A stretch of 64,000 bases of DNA. Origin: Sphingomonadales bacterium. Its GTDB lineage: Bacteria > Bacteroidota > Bacteroidia > NS11-12g > UBA955. Location: NCBI GenBank assembly GCA_016872175.1, contig VHBA01000002.1, positions 14,517 through 78,516 on the forward strand, given 5' to 3'. Below the pieces are notes generated by a model, which saw only the letters and a list, made by a program, of their open reading frames with translations, had not been told where the DNA came from and did no database searches. Below, in pieces: positions 37,401-45,732 of this stretch. Made by a program: the position numbers and the translations under genes. Numbering within the stretch: the first letter of the stretch is position 1; every line of letters starts with the position of its first letter.

Positions 37401-38927
37401 ATGGGTGCAGCCATGGCAGGAAAACAGCCATTGTGGATGAGCACCAACCCCACCCAGGATAGCTTAAAATTTGCCGGTGTTCGGGGCATTTATAACCTGA
37501 AAGACTATACCCTGAATGTACAGCAAATTCCGTTCATAGATATTGCTGACAGCCGTGTTGTGCTTAAGGATGGCAAGGTTACCATCCGCGAAAACGGAGA
37601 TATGGACATTGTAGACAGTGCACGCCTGATTGCCAACCGTATTGACAAGTACCATGAAATTTACAAAAGCAGGCTGAAGATTTATGGCAAAAACAAAATG
37701 CGTGGATCCGGCTACTATCAGTACGTAAACAAACTTGGCAAACGACAGGAATTTTTCCTGGATAGTGTTGTTGTAAATAGAAGCAGAAATATTGAAGGAT
37801 GGGGTAAAATTGATGAATCGCAGAACTTTACACTAGATACCAAAATCGGCTACAAAGGCTTTGCACAGATTTTAAGTACGGAGCAAAACCTTCAGTTTAC
37901 CGGATATGTGAAACCCTTACACACGTTTAAAAACATTTTACCGTCTGCCTGGCTGCGCTTCAGCGATCGGGTAGATCCGAAGAATGTTATTATCAATGTT
38001 CAGGACCCCAGGGATAAAGACAATAAAAAACAATATGTGGGTTTGTTTGTGGCCAATGACAGCAGCCACGTTTACCCCTTGTTCTTTAGCTGGAAACGCA
38101 GGTACAGTGATCCGGATGTGACCAACGATACAGGAATTTTTTATTACGATCACGAAAAACAAAGCTTTTTTGCCGGCAGCAAAGACAAACTGCTGAATGA
38201 CGGATTAAAAGGCAGTTTCATTCAGCTGAATGAGAAAAACCATACGGTACATGCAGAAGGTCCACTCGATTTTGGATTGGAAAGCACCAATATCAAGTTT
38301 AAAAATGCCGGTACTGCAGATTTGAAGGAAGGGGACAGCAGTTTTGTTTTCAACCTTGCCATGATGCTGGATTTTCCGCTGCACAAAGATTATGTAGCAC
38401 GGCTGAAAGAAATGTTTCAAACTAGCAGTGGAGCTTCGGTAAATATCAACAACGATTTCTTTAAAAATGCCATCGGTGAAATGGTTGCTGAAGATAAAAC
38501 CGCAAGAACGATCATTAAGAATATTGAAAAGAATGGTGAAGTGAACGGTAAAGATGAAGCAGAATACAAGCTGATTCTCAGTGACGCCACTTTCCGCTGG
38601 GATAGCAAATTCCGCGGGATGTATTGCAACGATAATGTAAGTGTAGCCTCATTTGCCGGAACCCCCATCAACAAAGACATCAAAACCACCATGTTGCTGG
38701 AACACAAACGCGGTGGGGAAAACATGTATATCTACTTCGATTTTGGTGGCAATGAATGGATTTATATCAATCTCACCAAAACCGTAGCCAATATCCTCAG
38801 CAGCGATGTTAAGCTGAATGAAATACTGGTGAATACAGCCGATAAGCTGAAAGTAGAGGATTTCTATGTGAAACCCGCAACCCCAAAACAGGTTGAGCGT
38901 TTCCTCAAACGATTGGGGGCGGAATAA
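34419..38927 (+). CDS. Very large (about 1500 aa) beta-rich exported hypothetical protein
   Basis: Uninterrupted ORF with a signal-like N-terminus (MRSVLLVFFFMVQYAGAQ). Start could be 34389. Confidence 0.85.
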   Translation: MRSVLLVFFFMVQYAGAQIRSFSPEPAIFINELETHIQSASSKELNQRFSIFRQSWEMGKFSPVQQKNIMAICSDMVSEGMPVQPHFDYLLQSITTYIEKKMPEKVLLQWQQATRKLIGAGSTGYVDFLKMTTGLFKNGTLFMDNNKRWAVDSCDFDLVYEKGEIVVKFPQTTVTCYGPVDEMRIYKTSGVFIPGKKLWQGVSGEATFERVLPEDNVTVTWNKFAINLEESDYKIDTATLHYEGYFNEGVKGRFQDKISYSPDSNVVKKSPWPRFSSFANSLKIFGIVGPNASLRGGFSMVGSDINTQTANGEETVINILYKNQKRITLKSKTFKITNGSAASRNAAMTIYVDSSFITHPSVEVNFQFEENKLVISRGTEGLMRAPFYDDYHKVDIDAQQIRWKLDEAFIDFDNINNDQDVKLSSADFYKEMLYSRIQGVLSSNPLNNLYAFYNRMPDDPVTQAMEKELKALIGKNKPEDKPVMDQKLKALQARKKEMRSYYSAEKRMKFSLADYAVFCKMQPQDLRAPFIELHDAGFITYYPEQDSAMFRTKLFRWVQSHEKTRDYDVIRLSSLIGRRSNMSLNLLSHEMNVEGVQKFFFSDSQNVVVVPYEQQVTLLKNRRLRFGGMVRAGRFDFYGKKFEFDYGNFLVQSDIIDSLRLYFPDSTGRSLVPIKSVLRNINGTLYIDKPNNKSGLVNYPEYPIFKALKGSEVLYDKPSIHGGQYKAETFKFVIDPFTIDSLDNFTIAGLRFDGLFKSDGIFPEFRHYVYIQPDYSLGFVKPTPPGGYNMYRGKGQGEMVMNLSERGFYGEQGNIVFNGSTTKFQRILLLPKSAKGTIESYDLPQSTIYPQVYAANANMEWIPYHDKFNISNGPTPIKVFKSEYDFMGTITQKPSKVTGNGTLSWPEAKFNSDEMVFAPNKTNADKANLTIYGADSTKVAFETKDIKGTMDFNTRIGAFTTNKTGSETRFPYNSYATNLNDYRWDMNGKTIEARMGAAMAGKQPLWMSTNPTQDSLKFAGVRGIYNLKDYTLNVQQIPFIDIADSRVVLKDGKVTIRENGDMDIVDSARLIANRIDKYHEIYKSRLKIYGKNKMRGSGYYQYVNKLGKRQEFFLDSVVVNRSRNIEGWGKIDESQNFTLDTKIGYKGFAQILSTEQNLQFTGYVKPLHTFKNILPSAWLRFSDRVDPKNVIINVQDPRDKDNKKQYVGLFVANDSSHVYPLFFSWKRRYSDPDVTNDTGIFYYDHEKQSFFAGSKDKLLNDGLKGSFIQLNEKNHTVHAEGPLDFGLESTNIKFKNAGTADLKEGDSSFVFNLAMMLDFPLHKDYVARLKEMFQTSSGASVNINNDFFKNAIGEMVAEDKTARTIIKNIEKNGEVNGKDEAEYKLILSDATFRWDSKFRGMYCNDNVSVASFAGTPINKDIKTTMLLEHKRGGENMYIYFDFGGNEWIYINLTKTVANILSSDVKLNEILVNTADKLKVEDFYVKPATPKQVERFLKRLGAE

Positions 38928-39672
38928 GGTTTTCTGATTTTTCGAAATCGGGATAAAGCACATCCACCAGGTATAAACCCTGCGGAGGTGCAGATTTACC
39001 CACCATGTTGCGGTTTCCGGAGTCAAGCAATTCTTTGAATTGGTCAAGATGCATTTTGCCTAATCCTACTTTTAACATGGTTCCTACCATGCTGCGAACC
39101 ATGCTTCTTAAGAAACGGTTGGCAGTCACCGTAAAAATCAGACCATCCTGGGTTTCCTCCCAACAAGCCTTCGAAACCACACATTTGTAGCTGTCACCGG
39201 GTGTTTTTCCTTTGCAAAAGCAGCGATACTCAGTATGTGATAATAGCAGTTTTGCGGCTTCATTCATCTGTTCAACATTTGGTTTGAATAGCATAAAACA
39301 GGCCATTTCAAGGTTGAATGGGTTTCTGACATGGGTAATGAAGTACTTATAGGTTCTGGCAACCGCCGAAAATCGGGCATGGAGCTCGTCTGTAACCTGC
39401 CGACAACTAAAAACAGCAATACTTTTAGGCAGCATGCCGTTTAGGCGGTAAACCAAATTTGAAGGTACCTCAGCTTCATTATCGAAATGTGCTGTGAAGT
39501 AAGAGGCGTGAACACAGGTATCTGTGCGGCCGCATCCATAAATCTCTATGGGATTTCTTAAAATAATCGATAATTTATTTTCCAAAACTGCCTGAACACT
39601 GATCACCTCGTCCTGTTTTTGCCATCCGCCAAAATCAGTTCCGTTGTAAGCCAGTTCCAGAAAATAACGCAT
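38905..39672 (-). CDS. truA: tRNA pseudouridine(38-40) synthase
   Basis: YNGTDFGGWQ, GCGRTDTCVHA (Cys at the usual Gly position) and RFLRSMVR. Confidence 0.93.
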   Translation of the reverse strand: MRYFLELAYNGTDFGGWQKQDEVISVQAVLENKLSIILRNPIEIYGCGRTDTCVHASYFTAHFDNEAEVPSNLVYRLNGMLPKSIAVFSCRQVTDELHARFSAVARTYKYFITHVRNPFNLEMACFMLFKPNVEQMNEAAKLLLSHTEYRCFCKGKTPGDSYKCVVSKACWEETQDGLIFTVTANRFLRSMVRSMVGTMLKVGLGKMHLDQFKELLDSGNRNMVGKSAPPQGLYLVDVLYPDFEKSENLIPPPIV

Positions 39673-40871
39673 TAGGCTCTTTCAAAAACAATGGCACAGC
39701 CTTGTCCCACGCCTATACACATGGTGGTCAGTCCGTAACGGGCGCTGGCATCGCGTTTCATCTCATGTAAAAGTGTTGTGCTGATGCGTGCACCACTTGC
39801 TCCCAATGGATGTCCGATGGCAATACTTCCGCCATTGGGGTTCACAATCTCAGGATTGATGTTGAGTTCGTGCATGCTTGCCAGCACCTGACTGGCAAAG
39901 GCTTCATTGAGTTCGGCAATGGACAAATCGTTTACGCCAATTCCCGCGTGTTTAAGGGCTTTTTGCGTAGCCGGAACAGGGCCAATGCCCATGATGGCAG
40001 GATCTACACCGGCCGAACCTATGCTGGCAATTCTTGCCAGCGGCGTTAGGTTGTATTTTTTAACGGCCTCGCCGGATGCCAGTATCATACAGGCAGCACC
40101 GTCATTGATACCACTGCTGTTTCCTGCCGTAACGGTGCCGTCTTTTTTGAAAGCAGGTTTCAGCGTTGCCAGTACTTCTAAACTGCTGAGCCTTGGGTGT
40201 TCGTCGGTTTCGTAAAAATGAATTTCACCTTTTTTTCCGGGCACAGGATACGGTGAAATTTCATCTTTGAATTTACCGGCCTCGTTTGCCTGTTGCCATT
40301 TGGTTTGTGAGCCGCAGGCAAAAACATCCTGGTCTTCACGGCTAATCCCATATTTTACAGCCACGTTTTCGGCGGTTTCACCCATGCTGTAAGGATGATA
40401 GGCCTCCGCCAGCTTTTTATTGGTAAATCTCCAGCCAATGGTGGTGTCATATATTTCTGTGCTGCGCTGAAATGCTGTTTCTGCTTTTGCCATCACAAAA
40501 GGAGCTCGGGTCATACTTTCGGTGCCTCCGGCAATAATGAGTTCAGCTGTTCCTGATTTGATAGCCATAAAGCCGTTCATGATGCTTTGCAATCCGCTTG
40601 CACAAAGGCGGTTTACGGTATATCCCGGCACGCTTACCGGCATTCCGGCCAGCAGCAGCGCCATGCGCGCCACATTGCGGTTGTCTTCGCCTGCCTGATT
40701 AGCTGCTCCAAAAATCACTTCGTCGGTATGAGAAAAATCAATGCTCTGATTTCGGAGCATAATCTCCCTGATTACATGGGCAGCCAGATCATCAGGTCTA
40801 ACGCCGGCAAGGCTTCCGCCAAATTTACCCACCGGAGTGCGGAGGGCGTCAATCACATAAACTTCCTGCAT
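39672..40871 (-). CDS. Thiolase (acetyl-CoA C-acyltransferase, PcaF/PaaJ-like)
   Basis: Motifs AGEDNRNVARM, NRLCASG, NEAFA, GHPLGASG and MCIGVGQG. Confidence 0.92.
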   Translation of the reverse strand: MQEVYVIDALRTPVGKFGGSLAGVRPDDLAAHVIREIMLRNQSIDFSHTDEVIFGAANQAGEDNRNVARMALLLAGMPVSVPGYTVNRLCASGLQSIMNGFMAIKSGTAELIIAGGTESMTRAPFVMAKAETAFQRSTEIYDTTIGWRFTNKKLAEAYHPYSMGETAENVAVKYGISREDQDVFACGSQTKWQQANEAGKFKDEISPYPVPGKKGEIHFYETDEHPRLSSLEVLATLKPAFKKDGTVTAGNSSGINDGAACMILASGEAVKKYNLTPLARIASIGSAGVDPAIMGIGPVPATQKALKHAGIGVNDLSIAELNEAFASQVLASMHELNINPEIVNPNGGSIAIGHPLGASGARISTTLLHEMKRDASARYGLTTMCIGVGQGCAIVFERA

Positions 40872-40954
40872 GTTGTGGCAAAGTTACCCAATAATTGCGG
40901 TCACTTTTTACACCGGGCTGATTGTGTTTGCAATGACTTGAATTATTTTTGCTA

Positions 40955-41443
40955 TTGGTGCGCTTATCAAAGGGCTTAACATTGGTGCTGTTTGCGCTAG
41001 CCATTCTCATGGCTGTTTTCCCTCTAATTACCGCTGTTTCCGTAAATATTCACCGGTCCATCATACATTCGAAAATTGAAAAGGACCTGAAAGAATTAAG
41101 CACAGAGGTCCTAAAACTGGATAAGAAGACTCATCCGAACGCCAATAAATACAGGGAGTTTGATTTAAATGGACATCGTTATGACTTGGTTACTGCGGTT
41201 GATGGTGGAACACATTGGCTGGTAACTGCAATTGATGATACCAAAGAAAAATGGCTGGAAGAGCAGGCCGAGAAAACCGATGGCCAATCCGGAAAATCCG
41301 TAAACTGGATCAAAACGCTAGCCACTGAAAATGCCGTTGAACTGAATATCCCCACTACCCCAGCCTCCTTGGTCAACGCCATGGAATGCTTCAATACTAT
41401 TAATTCATTTATTCCTGTTTTTTCTCCGCCACCAGAGTGTTAG
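40955..41443 (+). CDS. Hypothetical membrane-anchored protein ending in a PPP motif
   Basis: N-terminal transmembrane segment, EFDLNGHRYDLV and C-terminal VFSPPPEC. Start (TTG/GTG) is uncertain. Confidence 0.7.
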   Translation: MVRLSKGLTLVLFALAILMAVFPLITAVSVNIHRSIIHSKIEKDLKELSTEVLKLDKKTHPNANKYREFDLNGHRYDLVTAVDGGTHWLVTAIDDTKEKWLEEQAEKTDGQSGKSVNWIKTLATENAVELNIPTTPASLVNAMECFNTINSFIPVFSPPPEC

Positions 41444-41519
41444 GTGTAAATTTGGTTTCTTTTTATGGTTCTAAAACAGCACTGATTTCTTCTTTTACTT
41501 ATCAAACTAAAAAACAAAA

Positions 41520-43748
41520 ATGAAAAAACAATCATTATTGATTGCGGCAATATTTGCTATTACTGCAATCAACGCTCAAAATGAGCAAAAAAAAATAAAT
41601 AACGACACTACCGAGCTGGAAAGCATGGATGAAATTCTGGTTTCTTCCCAGCGCTTTGGCTCCAGCAGGGCCAACACTACCCGTCAGATCGAGGTGATTT
41701 CTGCCAAGCAGATGCAGCTTGCGCAGCAAGGTACCTTGGCAGATGTGCTGTCACAGACCGGTCAGGTTTTTGTGCAGAAAAGCCAGCTGGGCGGAGGTAG
41801 TCCTGTCTTAAGAGGTTTTGAATCAAGCAGGGTGTTGCTGGTAGTTGACGGTGTTCGCATGAACAATGCAACATACCGTGCAGGGCATTTGCAGGATATA
41901 ATTACGGTTGATCAATTCATGTTGGACAGAACGGAAGTTTTCTTTGGATCCGGTTCTACCCAGTTTGGCAGCGATGCCTTGGGAGGTGTTGTTTATATGA
42001 AAACCCGTGATCCTAAATTCCGGGATGCTAAATTCGGGTTTGCCAATGCAAATGCAAATTTCAGGTACCATTCGGCCACCAGCGCCGCAATATCCAATGT
42101 TAATTTGGGATTGAGCGGAAAAAAAGTTGCCTGGATTTTCAGTTCCACAAGCAGTGATTTTAGCGATCTTCGAATGGGGCAACAGCATCATTTTTCCCGC
42201 TGGGATACCTTTGGTCTGCGCAAATATTATGCAGGAAGAATAAACAACAGAGATACCATGCTTCTGAATGATAATCCTTACATACAGCAGGGGAGTGCCT
42301 ATACACAGAATGATGTATTCACCAAGCTGTCTGTAAAAACGGGTAATCTCTTACACACCCTTAATGCGCAATTATCCAGAACCGGGGCTGTTCCAAGATA
42401 CGACAGGCTTACAGATATGTCAGCCGGGAAATTGCGATTTGCCACCTGGGATTACGTCCCTCAGAACCGGGATTTTTTCTCTTATTCGTTGTTAGTACCT
42501 AAAAAAGACGGTTTGAGTCACAGACTCATTTTATCTCAACAAAATACGGAGGTGGGCAGGGTTACACGGCGTTTTGGCAATGTTTCTGAGCTCACGCAAC
42601 TCGATAAGGTAGGCATGACAACTGTTAACTATGATTTTAGTTACAATGTAAAACCCGCAATTCAAATTCAGGGGGGTGCCGAATGGGTTGCAAATAAAGT
42701 TCAGTCTTCTGCCACAACCAGAAATGTAAATTCAGGCGAGATAACCGGCAGTAAAAATACCCGCTATGCCGATGGAGGCGCAAATACCATGTCTTCCGCA
42801 CTTTTTGCCAACGCTATATATGTGATAAGGCCGAATGACTTTATTCTGGAAGGTGGAGTGCGCTTAACCCATTATCAACTGAAAGCAAATTTTACTGCAG
42901 ACAATTTTTTAAAGCTGCCGTATCAAACCGCCGAAATCAGCAGCCTTGCACCGGTTTATAATATAGGATTATCAAAAAAAATGGATTGGGATGGTCTGTT
43001 CTTCAAAGCAAGTCTGGCTGCTGGATTCAGGAATCCCAATGTGGATGACATGACAAAGCTGTTTGAAAGCGTGCCCGGGGGAAAACTGGTAATTCCAAAT
43101 AAAGAGCTTAAACCTGAACGTACACGTACCCTGGATCTTGGTTTTCGCCTTGACAGACAGAAAATTCACCTTGAAATGGGGGGCTATTACACCCGAATAA
43201 CCCAATTACTCATAGATGCACCCGGCATTTACAATGGTGATGATTCTTTTGATTTTGACGGTCAGCGTACCCCGGTGTTTCAAATGGGTAATTCAGCGCT
43301 TGGATATGTTACCGGAGGATACTTTGCTGCAAAAATTCAACTTGTTGATGGACTTTTTATGGATGCTAATTACAACAGCACGTTTGGCCGGTATAAATCG
43401 GGAGAAAAAGAATTATGGGCACCCATCGATCATATTGCCCCAGACCATGGCAGGCTGGGTTTGCGCTGGTCAAGCAAGGAATGGCAGTGCGAGGCGTTCA
43501 TGTTGTTTAACGGACGTAAAATCAGACGTGAATACAGTCCCAGCGGTGAAGACAATGCACAATATGCACCCGGTGGACAAACACCTGCATGGCAAACATA
43601 CAATGCGCGGGCTAGCTGGCAGGTGAGCAAAAATTTCGCAGCTTCTTTTGCAGTTGAGAATTTACTGGATCTCAATTACCGTGTTTTTGCAAGCGGAATT
43701 TCAGCTTCCGGAAGAAATCTCGTGGCGTCGGTGAAGGTGTCGTTTTAA
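41520..43748 (+). CDS. TonB-dependent receptor (heme/hemoglobin-type)
   Basis: Plug motifs SQLGGGSPVLRG, DGVRMNN and GSDALGG; FRNPN, LKPE and ENLLDLNY; C-terminal Phe. Confidence 0.92.
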   Translation: MKKQSLLIAAIFAITAINAQNEQKKINNDTTELESMDEILVSSQRFGSSRANTTRQIEVISAKQMQLAQQGTLADVLSQTGQVFVQKSQLGGGSPVLRGFESSRVLLVVDGVRMNNATYRAGHLQDIITVDQFMLDRTEVFFGSGSTQFGSDALGGVVYMKTRDPKFRDAKFGFANANANFRYHSATSAAISNVNLGLSGKKVAWIFSSTSSDFSDLRMGQQHHFSRWDTFGLRKYYAGRINNRDTMLLNDNPYIQQGSAYTQNDVFTKLSVKTGNLLHTLNAQLSRTGAVPRYDRLTDMSAGKLRFATWDYVPQNRDFFSYSLLVPKKDGLSHRLILSQQNTEVGRVTRRFGNVSELTQLDKVGMTTVNYDFSYNVKPAIQIQGGAEWVANKVQSSATTRNVNSGEITGSKNTRYADGGANTMSSALFANAIYVIRPNDFILEGGVRLTHYQLKANFTADNFLKLPYQTAEISSLAPVYNIGLSKKMDWDGLFFKASLAAGFRNPNVDDMTKLFESVPGGKLVIPNKELKPERTRTLDLGFRLDRQKIHLEMGGYYTRITQLLIDAPGIYNGDDSFDFDGQRTPVFQMGNSALGYVTGGYFAAKIQLVDGLFMDANYNSTFGRYKSGEKELWAPIDHIAPDHGRLGLRWSSKEWQCEAFMLFNGRKIRREYSPSGEDNAQYAPGGQTPAWQTYNARASWQVSKNFAASFAVENLLDLNYRVFASGISASGRNLVASVKVSF

Positions 43749-43767
43749 AATATTTTATGAATTTCAT

Positions 43768-43801
43768 GAAAGGGGAAACACAGGTTTTCCCTTTCTTTTT
43801 T
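43768..43801 (+). terminator. Intrinsic terminator after the TonB-dependent receptor
   Basis: GAAAGGGGAAAC-ACAG-GTTTTCCCTTTC followed by a T run. Confidence 0.8.
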
Positions 43802-43839
43802 ATTGCCTTATACATCCATGTATTAATTTTGCCCCACAA

Positions 43840-44556
43840 ATGGGACGTATATTCGAAAAACGAAAACATAAAATGTTTGCCCGCTTCGACCGCATGGCCA
43901 AGCAGTTTACCCGCATAGGAAAAGAAATTGCGATCGCAGTGAGGCAGGGAGGTGTTAATCCCGATTATAATCCCAGATTGCGCATGGCTATCCAGAATGC
44001 CAAAAGCGTAAACATGCCCAAAGACAGGGTAGAGGCAGCCATTAAACGTGCAAGTGATAAAGATACCGCCGGTTACGAAGAAATTAAATACGAAGGATAC
44101 GGCCCCCATGGCGTTGCTATTTTGGTAGAAACCGCAACCGATAACAATACCCGAACCGTAGCGAACGTTCGTTCTCATTTTAACAAGTGCGATGGCGCAA
44201 TGGGCAAAACAGGTTCACTCGATTTCGTATTTACGCGTAAAGGCGTTTTTAAAATTTCCAAATCAGCCCTCAAAGGAAAAGATCTCGATGAATTTGAACT
44301 GGAAATCATCGACTTCGGCTGTGAAGACCTCGCTATTGATGAGGAAGATGTATACGTATACACCAGTTTCACCGACTTTGGCAATATGCAGAAAGGCCTG
44401 GAAGACCTTGGTATTGAAGCTGCCGGCGCCGAATTGCAGTATATCCCCACTTCTTTTGTGGATCTGGAAGAAGCCCAGGCCAACGAAGTACTGGAACTTA
44501 TTGAGCGTCTGGAATCAGACGATGACGTACAAAACGTTTATCACAACCTGCGTTAA
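43840..44556 (+). CDS. yebC: YebC/PmpR family protein
   Basis: Motifs NPRLR, NMPKD, YEGYGPHGVA and DDDVQNVYHN. Confidence 0.95.
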   Translation: MGRIFEKRKHKMFARFDRMAKQFTRIGKEIAIAVRQGGVNPDYNPRLRMAIQNAKSVNMPKDRVEAAIKRASDKDTAGYEEIKYEGYGPHGVAILVETATDNNTRTVANVRSHFNKCDGAMGKTGSLDFVFTRKGVFKISKSALKGKDLDEFELEIIDFGCEDLAIDEEDVYVYTSFTDFGNMQKGLEDLGIEAAGAELQYIPTSFVDLEEAQANEVLELIERLESDDDVQNVYHNLR

Positions 44557-44561
44557 CGTTT

Positions 44562-45692
44562 TTAACGCGGGCAAGTAGCACATTTGGGTTTGTCTCTCTC
44601 AGGCAGGTGTGCCACCAGATAAACACTTCTTTCCGGTTGTGCAGGATCATTGCTGATGATGTTGATGGTCTGCGTACTTTTCCCGTGTTTGATTCCCGAA
44701 TCAAAACGCATTTTTACTTCCATGCTCTCGCCCGGTTTTAAAACGTTTTTGGTATATTCAACCTTTACGCAAGGGCACTGTGGTGTTATTTCATGAAGCT
44801 TCAAATCTGACTTGCCAGAATTAGTAAAGGTAAACTGAGTGTTGAAAATCTCACCACTTTCGGCACTACCCAGATCAATAACGGTTTTATCAGTAGTTAA
44901 CTTGGCCGCCTTGGCCAATTCCCTTGCACCCATTTTTGAAAAAAATTGTTTTCGTTCGTAGGCAATATAAAATCCTGTGTAGGGAAATAAAACATTATCA
45001 GAAGGAACCGCAACTTCAAACGCACCAAAGCCGTATGTGCTGATTTTTTTGCCGTCCAGCACAACTTTCACCTTCGCACTTTCATTGGGCTCAAGGCTTT
45101 TTGGCATGCCAATTACCTGACAGAAAGCAGGAAGATTTTCCAAAGCAGAAAATTGTGTACTGTAGGGTGTTCCATTGGTGATGCGCATAATGTGCGTATC
45201 AGATTTATGGTCAAAAAGTGGCTTGAAACTAACGGTAGGTGGAGTGAAAGTAATCTGCCCAAGTGAAGTGTATTCCGGTTCTTTATTGATAACCTCTTTC
45301 AGAACATTTCCCAGTATATCCAGGTGAACGAAAGGGAAATTTACAGCGTTACTGTATACGGTTATGGTTTTTTGAAAGCTGCCAATACGTCCTATTGTTT
45401 CGTATTTGGCATCCACAAAACCGCTTTGCCCGGGCCTAATGGTGTCACGGGTCCAATCGGGGGTGGTGCAACCGCAGCTGGTTTGTACCGTGTTTATGAA
45501 GAGGTCTTTAGTGCCCACATTTTTAAAGGGGAATCTATGGGTTGCATATTTAATATCTTCACGTATGTCTCCAAAATTGTGCTGTTTTTCCGTAAATTCA
45601 ATTTTAGGTCCACCGGTTTTGGGTGTCATTTGCCCGGCCAGTCTTCCCGCAATCATCGAAATCAATCCAAAAGTAAAAATCCGTATTGTCAT
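44562..45692 (-). CDS. Multi-domain DUF1573 protein
   Basis: HNFGDI...SCGCT...I.PG units and DLG...QCPCV...LKPGES units. Confidence 0.85.
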   Translation of the reverse strand: MTIRIFTFGLISMIAGRLAGQMTPKTGGPKIEFTEKQHNFGDIREDIKYATHRFPFKNVGTKDLFINTVQTSCGCTTPDWTRDTIRPGQSGFVDAKYETIGRIGSFQKTITVYSNAVNFPFVHLDILGNVLKEVINKEPEYTSLGQITFTPPTVSFKPLFDHKSDTHIMRITNGTPYSTQFSALENLPAFCQVIGMPKSLEPNESAKVKVVLDGKKISTYGFGAFEVAVPSDNVLFPYTGFYIAYERKQFFSKMGARELAKAAKLTTDKTVIDLGSAESGEIFNTQFTFTNSGKSDLKLHEITPQCPCVKVEYTKNVLKPGESMEVKMRFDSGIKHGKSTQTINIISNDPAQPERSVYLVAHLPERDKPKCATCPR

Positions 45693-45732
45693 CTCTTTTT
45701 TAATAATCAAAAAGTGTTCCAGTTAGACGCTT

